Made by a program: the position numbers and the translations under genes
Shown: positions 17,077 to 26,261 of the stretch, in pieces
How the letters are laid out: every line of letters begins with the position of its first letter
Position numbering within the stretch: the first letter of the stretch is position 1
Notes under the pieces: generated by a model
Told to the model about the DNA's origin: nothing
Databases searched by the model: none
Seen by the model: only the letters and a program-made list of their open reading frames with translations
IMG/VR virus record: IMGVR_UViG_3300031848_001226
Span: 1-31,559 of that record
Origin: a virus
Taxonomy: Duplodnaviria > Caudoviricetes
Strand: one strand, 5' to 3'
Length of the DNA: 31,559 bases

Positions 17077-18003
17077 CTATTCAGCGAATGTGTTACAGCA
17101 AGAAAATGATATTCTAGCTCGGCCTGAAGTATTTCCGTTACTACAACACGCTGTTGAACCCGCGCAATCAATAGGACTTGGAACTCCCCAACCTGCCATT
17201 TTTCCATAGCCATTTGTGTTGCCAGGGGCTGTTCCGCCACCTTCGGTACCATGTCTCATAGCCGCGACTGACCAAAGATTGTCGATAGCTTTACAAGAAC
17301 ACCAACTGTTACCCATCGCGTGAATAACATGGTGACCGCCGCATTTATTAATTTGTCCACCTGGATATGGAATCCCTTGTCTGTAGTTAGCCCATTCATT
17401 CACTGTTAAGGCTGAATCCATTAGTTCAATCCAACCTGCACGACCTCTTTGACCGCAATCGCCTCCAAAAAATCTTGCGCCTTCGCCAGCAGAATCTTGA
17501 AATACATATTTCAAAGTCGATCCTGTTGCTGTATCACAACACTTAGCAACTGCCATACATCCTTGTTCGGCACAGAAATTTGTAAGACCGGTACCAGTAG
17601 CCCAAGAATTAAAATTTGCAACTGTACATACAGAGTGTTTAACAGTATTAGACCCACCGCTTGGTGGTCTTGTGCAATAATTCCATCCCAAATGGATTCG
17701 GTAGCACTCACCAGGAACAGTTGTTATCATCTTTGAAACATATGCACCTGAACCAGAAGGTCCGGCCAACGTACAATTACATGCTCCAGCACCATTTCCG
17801 CCTGCACCCCAAAGTTCAATCCTTGCACAGGTGATACCTGTTGGAACACACCAAAAAGGTTCATGGTTGAAATTGTAACAACCTTTATCGCCTGCATCGA
17901 CAATCGTTGGCATATAATCCCAAACGCACATAGGATTTAGTCCGGTGGTCTTAGGCCCACCTGCGCCGATAGATCTTACGAATGATGTTAAATTCTTTGC
18001 CAT
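17077..18003 (-). CDS. Cys/Gly-rich putative tail-tip protein, type A2
   Basis: MAKNLTSFVRSIG; WCVPTGIT.A; TGTGLTNFCAE; KCGGH; about 22 Cys. Confidence 0.7.
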   Translation of the reverse strand: MAKNLTSFVRSIGAGGPKTTGLNPMCVWDYMPTIVDAGDKGCYNFNHEPFWCVPTGITCARIELWGAGGNGAGACNCTLAGPSGSGAYVSKMITTVPGECYRIHLGWNYCTRPPSGGSNTVKHSVCTVANFNSWATGTGLTNFCAEQGCMAVAKCCDTATGSTLKYVFQDSAGEGARFFGGDCGQRGRAGWIELMDSALTVNEWANYRQGIPYPGGQINKCGGHHVIHAMGNSWCSCKAIDNLWSVAAMRHGTEGGGTAPGNTNGYGKMAGWGVPSPIDCAGSTACCSNGNTSGRARISFSCCNTFAE

Positions 18004-18011
18004 GTCAAATC

Positions 18012-19151
18012 CTATTTATACGTAATTACTGTCAAACCAGATCCGCCATAACCGCCGCAGCAACAAGTGCCGCCACAGGTAAATGCCGTTAATCCACCCC
18101 AACCGATTGCACCGCCGCCGTCGTCATAATTATATTTTGCACCACCTATTGGTCCAAGAGATTGTTGTCTGTCAGCTGTGCCATGGGGTCCAAATAAACC
18201 CCAATCGTTGTTGGTGCAGCTTCGATAGTTGCTACTGAAAGTTTGGCCATACTTGACAGAATTTGTGCCTTCCCACCATTTAGCACCACTAATTGCATGC
18301 CATTTTCTATCACCGGATTGATTGCAAGCGGCTACTTCCCAGCAACCACAGCAACTTAATTGATAACATGAATATGTACCCCTAGCGCCATCATCGCCGC
18401 CATAATATCTAGCTTTTCTAAAAAAACCAGCATCACTATCAGTTTCTTGGCCCCTAAGATCACACATACGAAATGTTTGATTACAACAATTTAATACTCC
18501 ATAGCCGCTATTAGGTCCACCGGTTCTTGCAATGCATCGTGTACATAAATTATACAGCATTTTATAAAGGCTTAATCCGCCATTACCACCTTCTGCACAG
18601 AAATTTGTAAGGCCAGGACCGACAATAGAAACATCAGGACCTCGACAACCACAAAGGGTATCAAACTTATCCACTGCTGTTACATCCCACGTACCAGCCG
18701 TGCCAGGAGCAGTACCAAGACCAGTGCCTCCGCCGTTTACGTTATATTCACTTGCTTGTTTTGAAGCTGCAGCTGAAGCGCAGTTTCTTGAACCGGCAGT
18801 ACCATTAGCAGTTAAACAAATAATATATCTACTTGAGCCCGGAGTAAATCCGGTTTTTAATTTTTTTGTTACCCACGAACCAGATCCACCGTCAATACCT
18901 TGTGTACAGCAAACACCTGGAGCACCAGATCCACCGCCGCCCCATGCATGAAAATTAATTTCAGTGACGCCTGTCGGAACTTTCCATATAGCTTTTTGGC
19001 CACCACCGTCGGTAGCACTACCATGAGTGCTAATGTGCGTAACGTTTGGAATATTGGTGTTATTTGAAAACCACCAAACATTATCTCCATGATCAGCCTC
19101 ATCAAAGGTTCCTGGCGCAATAGGTATAAGGTCTTGTAAATTTTTAGCCAT
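18012..19151 (-). CDS. Cys/Gly-rich putative tail-tip protein, type C1
   Basis: MAKNLQ; WKVPTGVT...F.AWGGGG; GPGLTNFCAEGGN; TCGGTCCCG; about 22 Cys. Confidence 0.7.
   Translation of the reverse strand: MAKNLQDLIPIAPGTFDEADHGDNVWWFSNNTNIPNVTHISTHGSATDGGGQKAIWKVPTGVTEINFHAWGGGGSGAPGVCCTQGIDGGSGSWVTKKLKTGFTPGSSRYIICLTANGTAGSRNCASAAASKQASEYNVNGGGTGLGTAPGTAGTWDVTAVDKFDTLCGCRGPDVSIVGPGLTNFCAEGGNGGLSLYKMLYNLCTRCIARTGGPNSGYGVLNCCNQTFRMCDLRGQETDSDAGFFRKARYYGGDDGARGTYSCYQLSCCGCWEVAACNQSGDRKWHAISGAKWWEGTNSVKYGQTFSSNYRSCTNNDWGLFGPHGTADRQQSLGPIGGAKYNYDDGGGAIGWGGLTAFTCGGTCCCGGYGGSGLTVITYK
18013..18020 (-). promoter_or_regulatory. TATAAATA late-promoter motif formed by the Tyr-Lys-stop codons of C1
   Basis: TAT AAA TAG; 9 nt upstream of the A2 start. 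Confidence 0.55.
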
Positions 19152-19175
19152 TATATTTTTCCATATCTCTTTACC

Positions 19176-20165
19176 TTATTTATACCTGATTGTAACAACA
19201 GCTTGGCCTCCTGAGCCGCCGCAATAGCAGTTGCCACCCTCTGAACCACCTACAAGTGGACCCATGCCACCCGCACATATTGCGCCGGCTCGACCATAAG
19301 CATTGACGCCTCTACTCCACAGAGTTAAGTAATTACAATCTGCTCCAGAGCCTGTCCAATTGGCGGTAAAGTTTGCGGGAGCCGCCACATAATGACTTTT
19401 GGTAGTGTCGAAGTGTTGTATAGGAACTACGTGTTGTATAGCACAAGCGGCACCAAGTGTCGAAGCACCAGAGCATGGCATGATTGTAAATCCTGAGCGG
19501 GATTGGAACATATCTACATCAGAATCAAGCGTACCATCAGTTAGTGCTGTATGACTAGTACCAGAATATTTCATACAGTTTTTGCATGTAAACCTACTAG
19601 TATTATCAAAGTTCTTTTTTGAATGCCAATCCTTTGCACATGTAAAGGCCCCGCAAGCTGTGTCAAATCGTGTTTGTCCACTTACATTACAACATGTACC
19701 CCAATTACAAAATGACCCACTACAAGATGCTCCAGATAAATGCAGATATTCGCAACCAGAAGCACCATTCACAGTCCTGTTATAAACCCTCAAGTAACAC
19801 GCTTGCTGTCCATTAACATCAGCAATGCAACAACCGCCAGCAGACATACAGAATTGCCATTCGTCACCAACAGTCATAGTAGGGCATATTACAGCAGACA
19901 TACCACTGTTTCCGGGTGATCCTCTCATACAGCAGCAAGTACCTCCGCTGCTGTTTCCAGAAGATCTTATATAAAATTCGGCTTTTGTCACGCCTGTTGG
20001 GACAGTCCAATTAGCTTGATTACTACCATAATTTGGATCCCTTGGACCAGGACCATATGAGTGACAACCATTCCCGGTTGTAAATGTCATTTGACACCAA
20101 GGATTTGCCCCTTCTGATTGGGACCGTCCTGAACCAGGCTGAAATGTTACTAAATTTTTAGCCAT
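19176..20165 (-). CDS. Cys/Gly-rich putative tail-tip protein, type B1
   Basis: MAKNLVTFQPG; WTVPTGVT.A.F; GGTCCCMRG; GGNCYCG...TIRYK; about 25 Cys. Confidence 0.7.
   Translation of the reverse strand: MAKNLVTFQPGSGRSQSEGANPWCQMTFTTGNGCHSYGPGPRDPNYGSNQANWTVPTGVTKAEFYIRSSGNSSGGTCCCMRGSPGNSGMSAVICPTMTVGDEWQFCMSAGGCCIADVNGQQACYLRVYNRTVNGASGCEYLHLSGASCSGSFCNWGTCCNVSGQTRFDTACGAFTCAKDWHSKKNFDNTSRFTCKNCMKYSGTSHTALTDGTLDSDVDMFQSRSGFTIMPCSGASTLGAACAIQHVVPIQHFDTTKSHYVAAPANFTANWTGSGADCNYLTLWSRGVNAYGRAGAICAGGMGPLVGGSEGGNCYCGGSGGQAVVTIRYK
19177..19184 (-). promoter_or_regulatory. TATAAATA late-promoter motif formed by the Tyr-Lys-stop codons of B1
   Basis: TAT AAA TAA; 25 nt upstream of the C1 start. 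Confidence 0.6.
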
Positions 20166-20177
20166 TCTAGATTTTCC

Positions 20178-21095
20178 TCAACTGAATAGTACTCTTACTT
20201 TGCCACCATTGGCCATATTACCACAAACGCAAGTACCACCACAAACCGAGGCTCCTGTGCCGCCCATTCCAGCTGTATCCCACATTTGTGCATTTGTATC
20301 ATCACTCAAATGATTGTTATAACAGACGCCAAGGTCCAGCTGTATGCCCAACTGTTTGTTAGATGCTCCGCAGTGAGTATGGTTGCCGCAAGCTGCTACA
20401 AGTATGTGACCACCACATTTTCCCCAGCCGCTACAATTTGGAAGAGCTTGATTAAACCTAAAATTGCATTGTGCAGTGCCAATACCAAGGCTATTAGTAG
20501 TCATATAAGATTTTCTACCTCTTAAACCTTTATCAGCACCATAATAACAAGCGCGATTTGCACCAAGGGCAGAATCTCCTTGTGAATAATAATGAGTTTC
20601 ACTATCAAGAAGAGTTGTGCCATAGTTAGTTGTGGTGCAACATTCAAAAGGTGTATTGTAACCAGGTTCTGCACAAAAGTTTGTTAGTCCAGTACCTGTA
20701 ACAGATGTTGTACCATGTACTAGATCTTTATTAGTAATTCCCCATGCAGAAGCACCGCCGGCGTTTGTATGCGGACAGCGACAATGTCTTTGCCCGGTTT
20801 GGACTTTATAACATTGGCCAGCCGTAACACTTATTGTTTTCTCAGCATATGCTCCGGTTTGACCAGGTGCACTAAAACCACAACCTGTTAAACCTTCTGA
20901 TTGACCTCCAGAACCCCATATTTGGAATTTTGCAGTAGTAATACCGACTGGAACACACCACATTGCAATATGCTTGAAACAAGTACAGGCTGATGCATTG
21001 GCGTTATAGCCAACAAAATCTAAAATATGATCTTCGTATTTTAGTCCGCCACCTCCGCCTATTGATTTGACATATAGTTTTAAATTTTTTGCCAT
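20178..21095 (-). CDS. Cys/Gly-rich putative tail-tip protein, type A1
   Basis: MAKNLKLYVKSIG; WCVPVGIT.A.F.IWG; TGTGLTNFCAE; KCGGH; about 20 Cys. Confidence 0.7.
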   Translation of the reverse strand: MAKNLKLYVKSIGGGGGLKYEDHILDFVGYNANASACTCFKHIAMWCVPVGITTAKFQIWGSGGQSEGLTGCGFSAPGQTGAYAEKTISVTAGQCYKVQTGQRHCRCPHTNAGGASAWGITNKDLVHGTTSVTGTGLTNFCAEPGYNTPFECCTTTNYGTTLLDSETHYYSQGDSALGANRACYYGADKGLRGRKSYMTTNSLGIGTAQCNFRFNQALPNCSGWGKCGGHILVAACGNHTHCGASNKQLGIQLDLGVCYNNHLSDDTNAQMWDTAGMGGTGASVCGGTCVCGNMANGGKVRVLFS

Positions 21096-21119
21096 GTTGA
21101 TGTTCCTATTATTACCAAA

Positions 21120-21545
21120 TTAACCTTGAACCAGGAACTGCCAACCATAAGTATCGCCGGACCAAACAATTGTTACAGCAATACCTTGAGTATTAACAAG
21201 AATATCACTATCCTGTCCTAGAATTTTATTTCCAGTTGCAGGAGAAATAGTAAAGTTGTTTGTTTGAAATTTTTGTGCTAGATCAACAAAAGAGACTCTA
21301 CCATCGCCAGCAATATTACTCGTCATAGGAGGAAGTGTTGCTTTTACTGCGGCGGCAGTTGTATTTACAAAGTGACCACCATAACTATCAGCAGTAAAAT
21401 CAACAGCATCAGTCGACCATGCGGTTGACTGTTCGATGCCATTTGCTGCCTTTGTAAGGTATGCCAGTTGCTCTGGTGTTGCGGACGCAATCGAAGTATT
21501 GATTTTGTCCAGGAGTGCATTACGTACAGTATCAATGCTTGCCAT
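21120..21545 (-). CDS. Small tail-fibre-associated protein
   Basis: Helical N-terminus plus the TLP....GD..V.F.D....F.TNN.TI.....I.G...D......V.....GW module common in marine phage fibres. Confidence 0.65.
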   Translation of the reverse strand: MASIDTVRNALLDKINTSIASATPEQLAYLTKAANGIEQSTAWSTDAVDFTADSYGGHFVNTTAAAVKATLPPMTSNIAGDGRVSFVDLAQKFQTNNFTISPATGNKILGQDSDILVNTQGIAVTIVWSGDTYGWQFLVQG

Positions 21546-21573
21546 TTTTTAATATCCTTTTCCGTGGTTATCT

Positions 21574-24500
21574 TTATTTAAGATTTTTACCATCATTTTT
21601 AGTTAAGTCTTTAATGTCAAATCCTAGGAACGCTTCGGTAGCTAATCCCCCGGCTTTAGCGTTTTTGGGTAGCGACTGTGAAGATGCTCCTTCAATTGCC
21701 AAATCGACATATGTTTTTACAGCTTGTTCGGTTGGAACAGCCAAGTTTGAATTGCCTGACAAAGTGCCATCTGCCGAAAACTCATTAATCGCTTCACCGA
21801 GTTGAGCACCAATCGAACCAAGTCTCAGAGATGTCAGACCAGAAAGGTCAAACGCTGAGGCGTCCAATGTTGCTCGGCCTGTCGCCTGATCAATCCTGAA
21901 GTAGTTACCTACTCTAAAGTTACCAGATTGGTCAGTTGACACATAGAATACTCGGCCAGTATTTCTTTCAATAACCTCATTGCCTTGTTTAACAGGAAGT
22001 GACGGAGCACCTGGATAGTTAGTTTCAGTTTTATCACCAAAACCAATATTCAAGAAGTCATGACCAGTTAGTCTTGCTTGTGAGTATTTATAACGAATTT
22101 TTACCGCTTGTCCGTTAGGTGCTGGACGTGTGTTTAATTTTTGCTGGGCAAAGACTAGGACGGCATTACCAGTAGATGAGTCATAATCACCAACTGATTG
22201 TATAACATATGAGCCAACAGAGTCATAACCAGAATCACCAACGTTACCAATGAATTCAACTGAACCACCAGTTTTTGGTTTTGATCCCGTAAGACCGGTA
22301 AATGACATTGTAGCACCATACTGATTGTGTGCAGCATTAGAGGCAGTCAATATAGCAAATACGCTAGCAGCATTACCTGAGTCGATTATTGAGTCTCCGT
22401 CATCGAAGCCTGTTCCAACAATATTGGTAATAGTTAGTTTATTTGCACCAGGTTGGTGGTCAATAATAAGAGCCTTAGTACCTAGAAGTGTGCCTGATCC
22501 AGAGATTAATTCATCACCAGAATCTGTTTTTCTAAGTTGTCCACCAGAACTATATACTGAGTATGAAGTAGCATCTACATCACCAGGTGCAGCAACTGTA
22601 ATTGTACCGTATGTTGAAGCAGTATTACCATTTGCATAATACAATGTGCTTGGAGCACTACTATCAATCGTAATGGCTAGTCTGCCACCACCAATTGCTC
22701 TTGATCCGGTAACGCCTGTCGTATATTCACCGGTGTATTGAAGAGCTCCCCAACTAGAGGCCGGATTAGTGGTTGTTAGATAGAAGCCAGCTGTATTTGT
22801 TGAATCAACATTAAAGTAATAACGCGATCCTTTATAAAGTGTCAGTCCAGGTTCTACTGCTGCAGAGTGTGCAGTTCCACCGGCCGTGCCAGTAATTACA
22901 TAATTAGTAGATGCAGTTGCAACACCAATATAGTTATTCTCAGCCTGCTTAAGTTTGATAATAGAAGAAGTATTATCCATTACAAGGAAATAACGATCAT
23001 TAGCTTGTGTCATGCCGCCAACACCTTGGATACGAATCAAGTCGTATGAATCTAAAGCGTGCGAAGCAACCGTAACTGCCATTGGGTTTGAACGTGTAAT
23101 GTCTGAGATAGATGTGTTAGTTACTACTCGTCCACCCCATGCTTCACCTGATACCGATGCATTAAGCGCCGCATTAGAATAAAGGTTGAAGGAATATGAG
23201 TCTTGTACGTCAGCATAATATTGACTAGCATTTGGCTGTGAACCAGAATTCCAACTAATAGGAAGTAAGCTGCCGAATTTAACTCTATGTCCGTCTGTAA
23301 CACCGTGTGCCACTGTTGTTGTAACTCTAGCCGGATCAGTCTTAGAGATTGTATTTAGAGCTTTAGTTCTATCTTGTGCTCTAACAATTCCGCCTTTTGT
23401 AAACTCACCGTTTTTAATACTTGTTTCTACATAATCAAGGTTATAACCACGAACCGAACCGTTAAGTGTAGCTTCGCTTGAATCATTACCTGTTGAGATT
23501 GTACCATATTCGCCGTAAGAGTTATTACCGTTAAGGGATCTAATTTGACCACCACCAGAAGATGCATAACCAATATCACAATAATAAGTAAAGCAAGATA
23601 CGATCTCAGCTTTACCATTACGTCTTACCCAGAAACCAACTCCGCCAGAGTGGATTTGAGTAAATGTGTGGAACACCATCGAACCAGCATTGTTTGCGTT
23701 ATTATTCAAACCACCATCAATAAGACAGCCAATACCACCAATAGAGAATGCTGAACATTCTTTAATGTATGGAGATTTAGTAATAACTGCTGTTGGGTCT
23801 AGTCTAAAGAATACACCACCAATTGTTGCTTGTTCAATGTCTTCTGGAACAGAGCCATGAAGAGCAAACCCGGTAAGACCGGTAAATTTAATCTCTTTAA
23901 TAAGAACGCCACTATTCACAAAGAACATTGTTTTGCTTGAGTCACCAGCAATTGGTGAAATCGTAGTATTACGTTGACCATCACCAAATACTGTTGTATC
24001 TGCCGGGATTGTCATTGGCAACGCTTCTCTATACTCACCATCTTTAATAAAGACCTGAGCCGAAGAGTCAGCAGTTTTTTCTGCAGCAATACGCGTCATA
24101 CAATATGCAACTGAAGCAAATGGTCGTTGAAGTGATCTACCTGCAAAGGAGTCATCAACCGCACCATCAATACCAACGTAGTATGTATTTGGAGAGTTAT
24201 CTGTATAACCTAATTCAAAGCCAGATCCATCCGTTTTAACAACCAATGATTTACCAACATCGATACCAGTAATTCCTGGTAGTACGCCTGCAGCGCCTGA
24301 AGCAAATATTGTCCATTTACCGGCTGCTGCATCGGTCGCAAAGTTAGCGGTTGATGTATAATCACTTGCTGCAATGTATGTTGATGTACCAGATTGAATA
24401 AGGTCGTTTTTAAGATATAATGTTGAAGCGACCCAAGTACCTCTATTACGAACACCTTGAGCAAACTCTGCCAATTTACCAGCAGAAAGATCAGTCGCAA

Positions 24501-25545
24501 ATGTCGCGGAAGTATGAGAAGTTGAAACTGTATAAGTTGAACCGCCATGCTGAACAAGATCACCCGGATAATAAGCAGTTGATGTTACCCAAGTTCCTTG
24601 ATTGGTAATACCAGAAGATACGTGAATCCATGTGGCTGCGTTAGATGACGGTGAAATGTTTGTGCTTGTAATCTTAGCTTGGTAAAGATTACCACCGTTT
24701 GTTACTAGCTCACCAGGATAATACTTACGAGCAGTATTCCATGTACCGACATAAGAGAAACCACTTAGGAATGAATCCCAATAAATTGTATTAAGAGGAT
24801 GCGTTCCAGTAATATCACCTTTAGCTTTAAAGAGATTTGCACCAAAAAGTACAATGTCATCTTTAACATAAGTGTTAGCAGAATCAAATGAATCTCTTAG
24901 ATTTAGACCAGCAAGGAATGTGTTCCAATTAGGAGCGCCGGCAGAAGGCTTAGTTCCGGCAGAAGTGTCTTGTAACGCACTGTATGTTGTTCCGCCATAG
25001 GTGACAATATCACCTTTTTTATAAGCGGTTGCATTGTTATAAGTTCCAAGCACCGATAAACCATCAGCAAATACTGACCATTGCGCACCAGAAGAAGAAG
25101 GTGTATTGCCCGTTGTATCTTGAAGGGCAATATACGATTTGCCACCGTATGTTACAATGTCAGCTTTCTGATAAGCCGTAGCACTTGCCCATACGCCTTC
25201 GAACTGAAGACCATCAACAAATGTTGAGTAGTAAGATGCATTAGGTGGTGATTGGCCGACAACAGTATTTGCTGTAACGATGTAAACAATGCCGCCATGC
25301 GAAAACGCATCACCGATATTATATGTTGTTCCTGTGCTGAAGACGCCTTCAAAGTTGAAGCCCTCCATCATCAGATCCCAATAAGTTACATTGGTAGGAA
25401 CGTTTCCTGCTGTGGCTAATCCGTATGTGTATACATATACGTTGCCACCATATTTGATTACATCGTTTACTTCGTACGTTGTCGCACCAGAGTAAACACC
25501 TTTGTATTCAAATCTAATTTTACCTAAGTCGATAATTGTTGCCAT
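21574..25545 (-). CDS. Large tail fibre/spike protein (1323 aa): 8 N-terminal carbohydrate-binding-like repeats, beta-helix-like middle, beta-rich modules
   Basis: Eight ~50-aa repeats G.W.....Y...D.V.(Y/H)GG..Y.A......P......W; PF.SV...I..G.Y.E..P..IP....V.GD entry motif of pectin-lyase-like folds; C-terminal FS.D..L..NS..AVPTEQAVKTYVD. Confidence 0.8.
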   Translation of the reverse strand: MATIIDLGKIRFEYKGVYSGATTYEVNDVIKYGGNVYVYTYGLATAGNVPTNVTYWDLMMEGFNFEGVFSTGTTYNIGDAFSHGGIVYIVTANTVVGQSPPNASYYSTFVDGLQFEGVWASATAYQKADIVTYGGKSYIALQDTTGNTPSSSGAQWSVFADGLSVLGTYNNATAYKKGDIVTYGGTTYSALQDTSAGTKPSAGAPNWNTFLAGLNLRDSFDSANTYVKDDIVLFGANLFKAKGDITGTHPLNTIYWDSFLSGFSYVGTWNTARKYYPGELVTNGGNLYQAKITSTNISPSSNAATWIHVSSGITNQGTWVTSTAYYPGDLVQHGGSTYTVSTSHTSATFATDLSAGKLAEFAQGVRNRGTWVASTLYLKNDLIQSGTSTYIAASDYTSTANFATDAAAGKWTIFASGAAGVLPGITGIDVGKSLVVKTDGSGFELGYTDNSPNTYYVGIDGAVDDSFAGRSLQRPFASVAYCMTRIAAEKTADSSAQVFIKDGEYREALPMTIPADTTVFGDGQRNTTISPIAGDSSKTMFFVNSGVLIKEIKFTGLTGFALHGSVPEDIEQATIGGVFFRLDPTAVITKSPYIKECSAFSIGGIGCLIDGGLNNNANNAGSMVFHTFTQIHSGGVGFWVRRNGKAEIVSCFTYYCDIGYASSGGGQIRSLNGNNSYGEYGTISTGNDSSEATLNGSVRGYNLDYVETSIKNGEFTKGGIVRAQDRTKALNTISKTDPARVTTTVAHGVTDGHRVKFGSLLPISWNSGSQPNASQYYADVQDSYSFNLYSNAALNASVSGEAWGGRVVTNTSISDITRSNPMAVTVASHALDSYDLIRIQGVGGMTQANDRYFLVMDNTSSIIKLKQAENNYIGVATASTNYVITGTAGGTAHSAAVEPGLTLYKGSRYYFNVDSTNTAGFYLTTTNPASSWGALQYTGEYTTGVTGSRAIGGGRLAITIDSSAPSTLYYANGNTASTYGTITVAAPGDVDATSYSVYSSGGQLRKTDSGDELISGSGTLLGTKALIIDHQPGANKLTITNIVGTGFDDGDSIIDSGNAASVFAILTASNAAHNQYGATMSFTGLTGSKPKTGGSVEFIGNVGDSGYDSVGSYVIQSVGDYDSSTGNAVLVFAQQKLNTRPAPNGQAVKIRYKYSQARLTGHDFLNIGFGDKTETNYPGAPSLPVKQGNEVIERNTGRVFYVSTDQSGNFRVGNYFRIDQATGRATLDASAFDLSGLTSLRLGSIGAQLGEAINEFSADGTLSGNSNLAVPTEQAVKTYVDLAIEGASSQSLPKNAKAGGLATEAFLGFDIKDLTKNDGKNLK

Positions 25546-25566
25546 AGGACTAGTATCTCCGGTTCA

Positions 25567-25875
25567 TTAATACGCAACCATTTCTAAATGGCCTGTCGTG
25601 TTATTAAATCTAAATGTAATTGCGTCCATGGACCAAAAGTATGATCTGTAGTCATCTGGATGGGCAAAAGTTACGTTAAGTGAATCAGCCGCTGAATCAA
25701 CATACGCGGCCTGTGTTGTGTATGGTAGTTTAATAGTATCGCTGTCATCTGATCGAATAATCTCTACATTTAAATGACCAACGCTATCTAATTTAAATCC
25801 ATAAAATGTCTTGTCGTGGAACTGTGTACCATTGTATATACCACCACTATTATCTCTGCTATATTCACCGCTCAT
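25567..25875 (-). CDS. Small hypothetical (probable virion) protein
   Basis: In the late operon, coupled to the upstream gene; GGAG-type SD; four DS in 102 aa. Confidence 0.7.
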   Translation of the reverse strand: MSGEYSRDNSGGIYNGTQFHDKTFYGFKLDSVGHLNVEIIRSDDSDTIKLPYTTQAAYVDSAADSLNVTFAHPDDYRSYFWSMDAITFRFNNTTGHLEMVAY

Positions 25876-26204
25876 GTTAATATTTCCTCAGTTACGGTAA
25901 TCATCGCGCTGAATGCATTATCCAACGGAGCAGAGACTTTAATAAGATCTCCAACCTTTAGTGAAATTTTAGTATTCATCAAAAGGTCGATAGTGTCGTT
26001 TGGTAGTACTCGTCTGTTATAAGCGAGGTAGTATGTGCTAGCACCTCTAACCAGTTTCACAGTTATTGGCAAGGCTGAGCCAAATATATTAGTCGCAATG
26101 AAGCCTACAACTAAATGTATTCCAGATAGACCACTCGGCGCAGTGTACAAAGTTGCCTCTGTGCTTCCAACTGTCGCAAAACCATTTTCGAATGTTGCTG
26201 CCAT
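25872..26204 (-). CDS. Small beta-rich probable virion protein
   Basis: LYTAP....KI.L..GD.I.V pattern common in T4-like marine phage fibre regions; downstream of a late promoter. Confidence 0.7.
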   Translation of the reverse strand: MAATFENGFATVGSTEATLYTAPSGLSGIHLVVGFIATNIFGSALPITVKLVRGASTYYLAYNRRVLPNDTIDLLMNTKISLKVGDLIKVSAPLDNAFSAMITVTEEILT

Positions 26205-26240
26205 GTTCTACCTGATCTACTTCTTGTTCTTATTTATGTT

Positions 26241-26248
26241 TATTTATA
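26241..26248 (-). promoter_or_regulatory. T4-type late promoter TATAAATA
   Basis: Exact intergenic motif upstream of 26204, with a tandem CATAAATA variant 10 nt downstream. Confidence 0.85.
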
Positions 26249-26261
26249 TCTTTAAAACGCA

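Noticed and set aside
14997-21095. Cys-rich proteins as c-type cytochromes
   Set aside because: No canonical CxxCH motif and no signal peptides were seen.
14997-21095. Diversity-generating retroelement targeting the array
   Set aside because: No reverse transcriptase in the window and no template/variable repeat pair differing at adenines; the only near-identical tract is 39 bp and fully identical.
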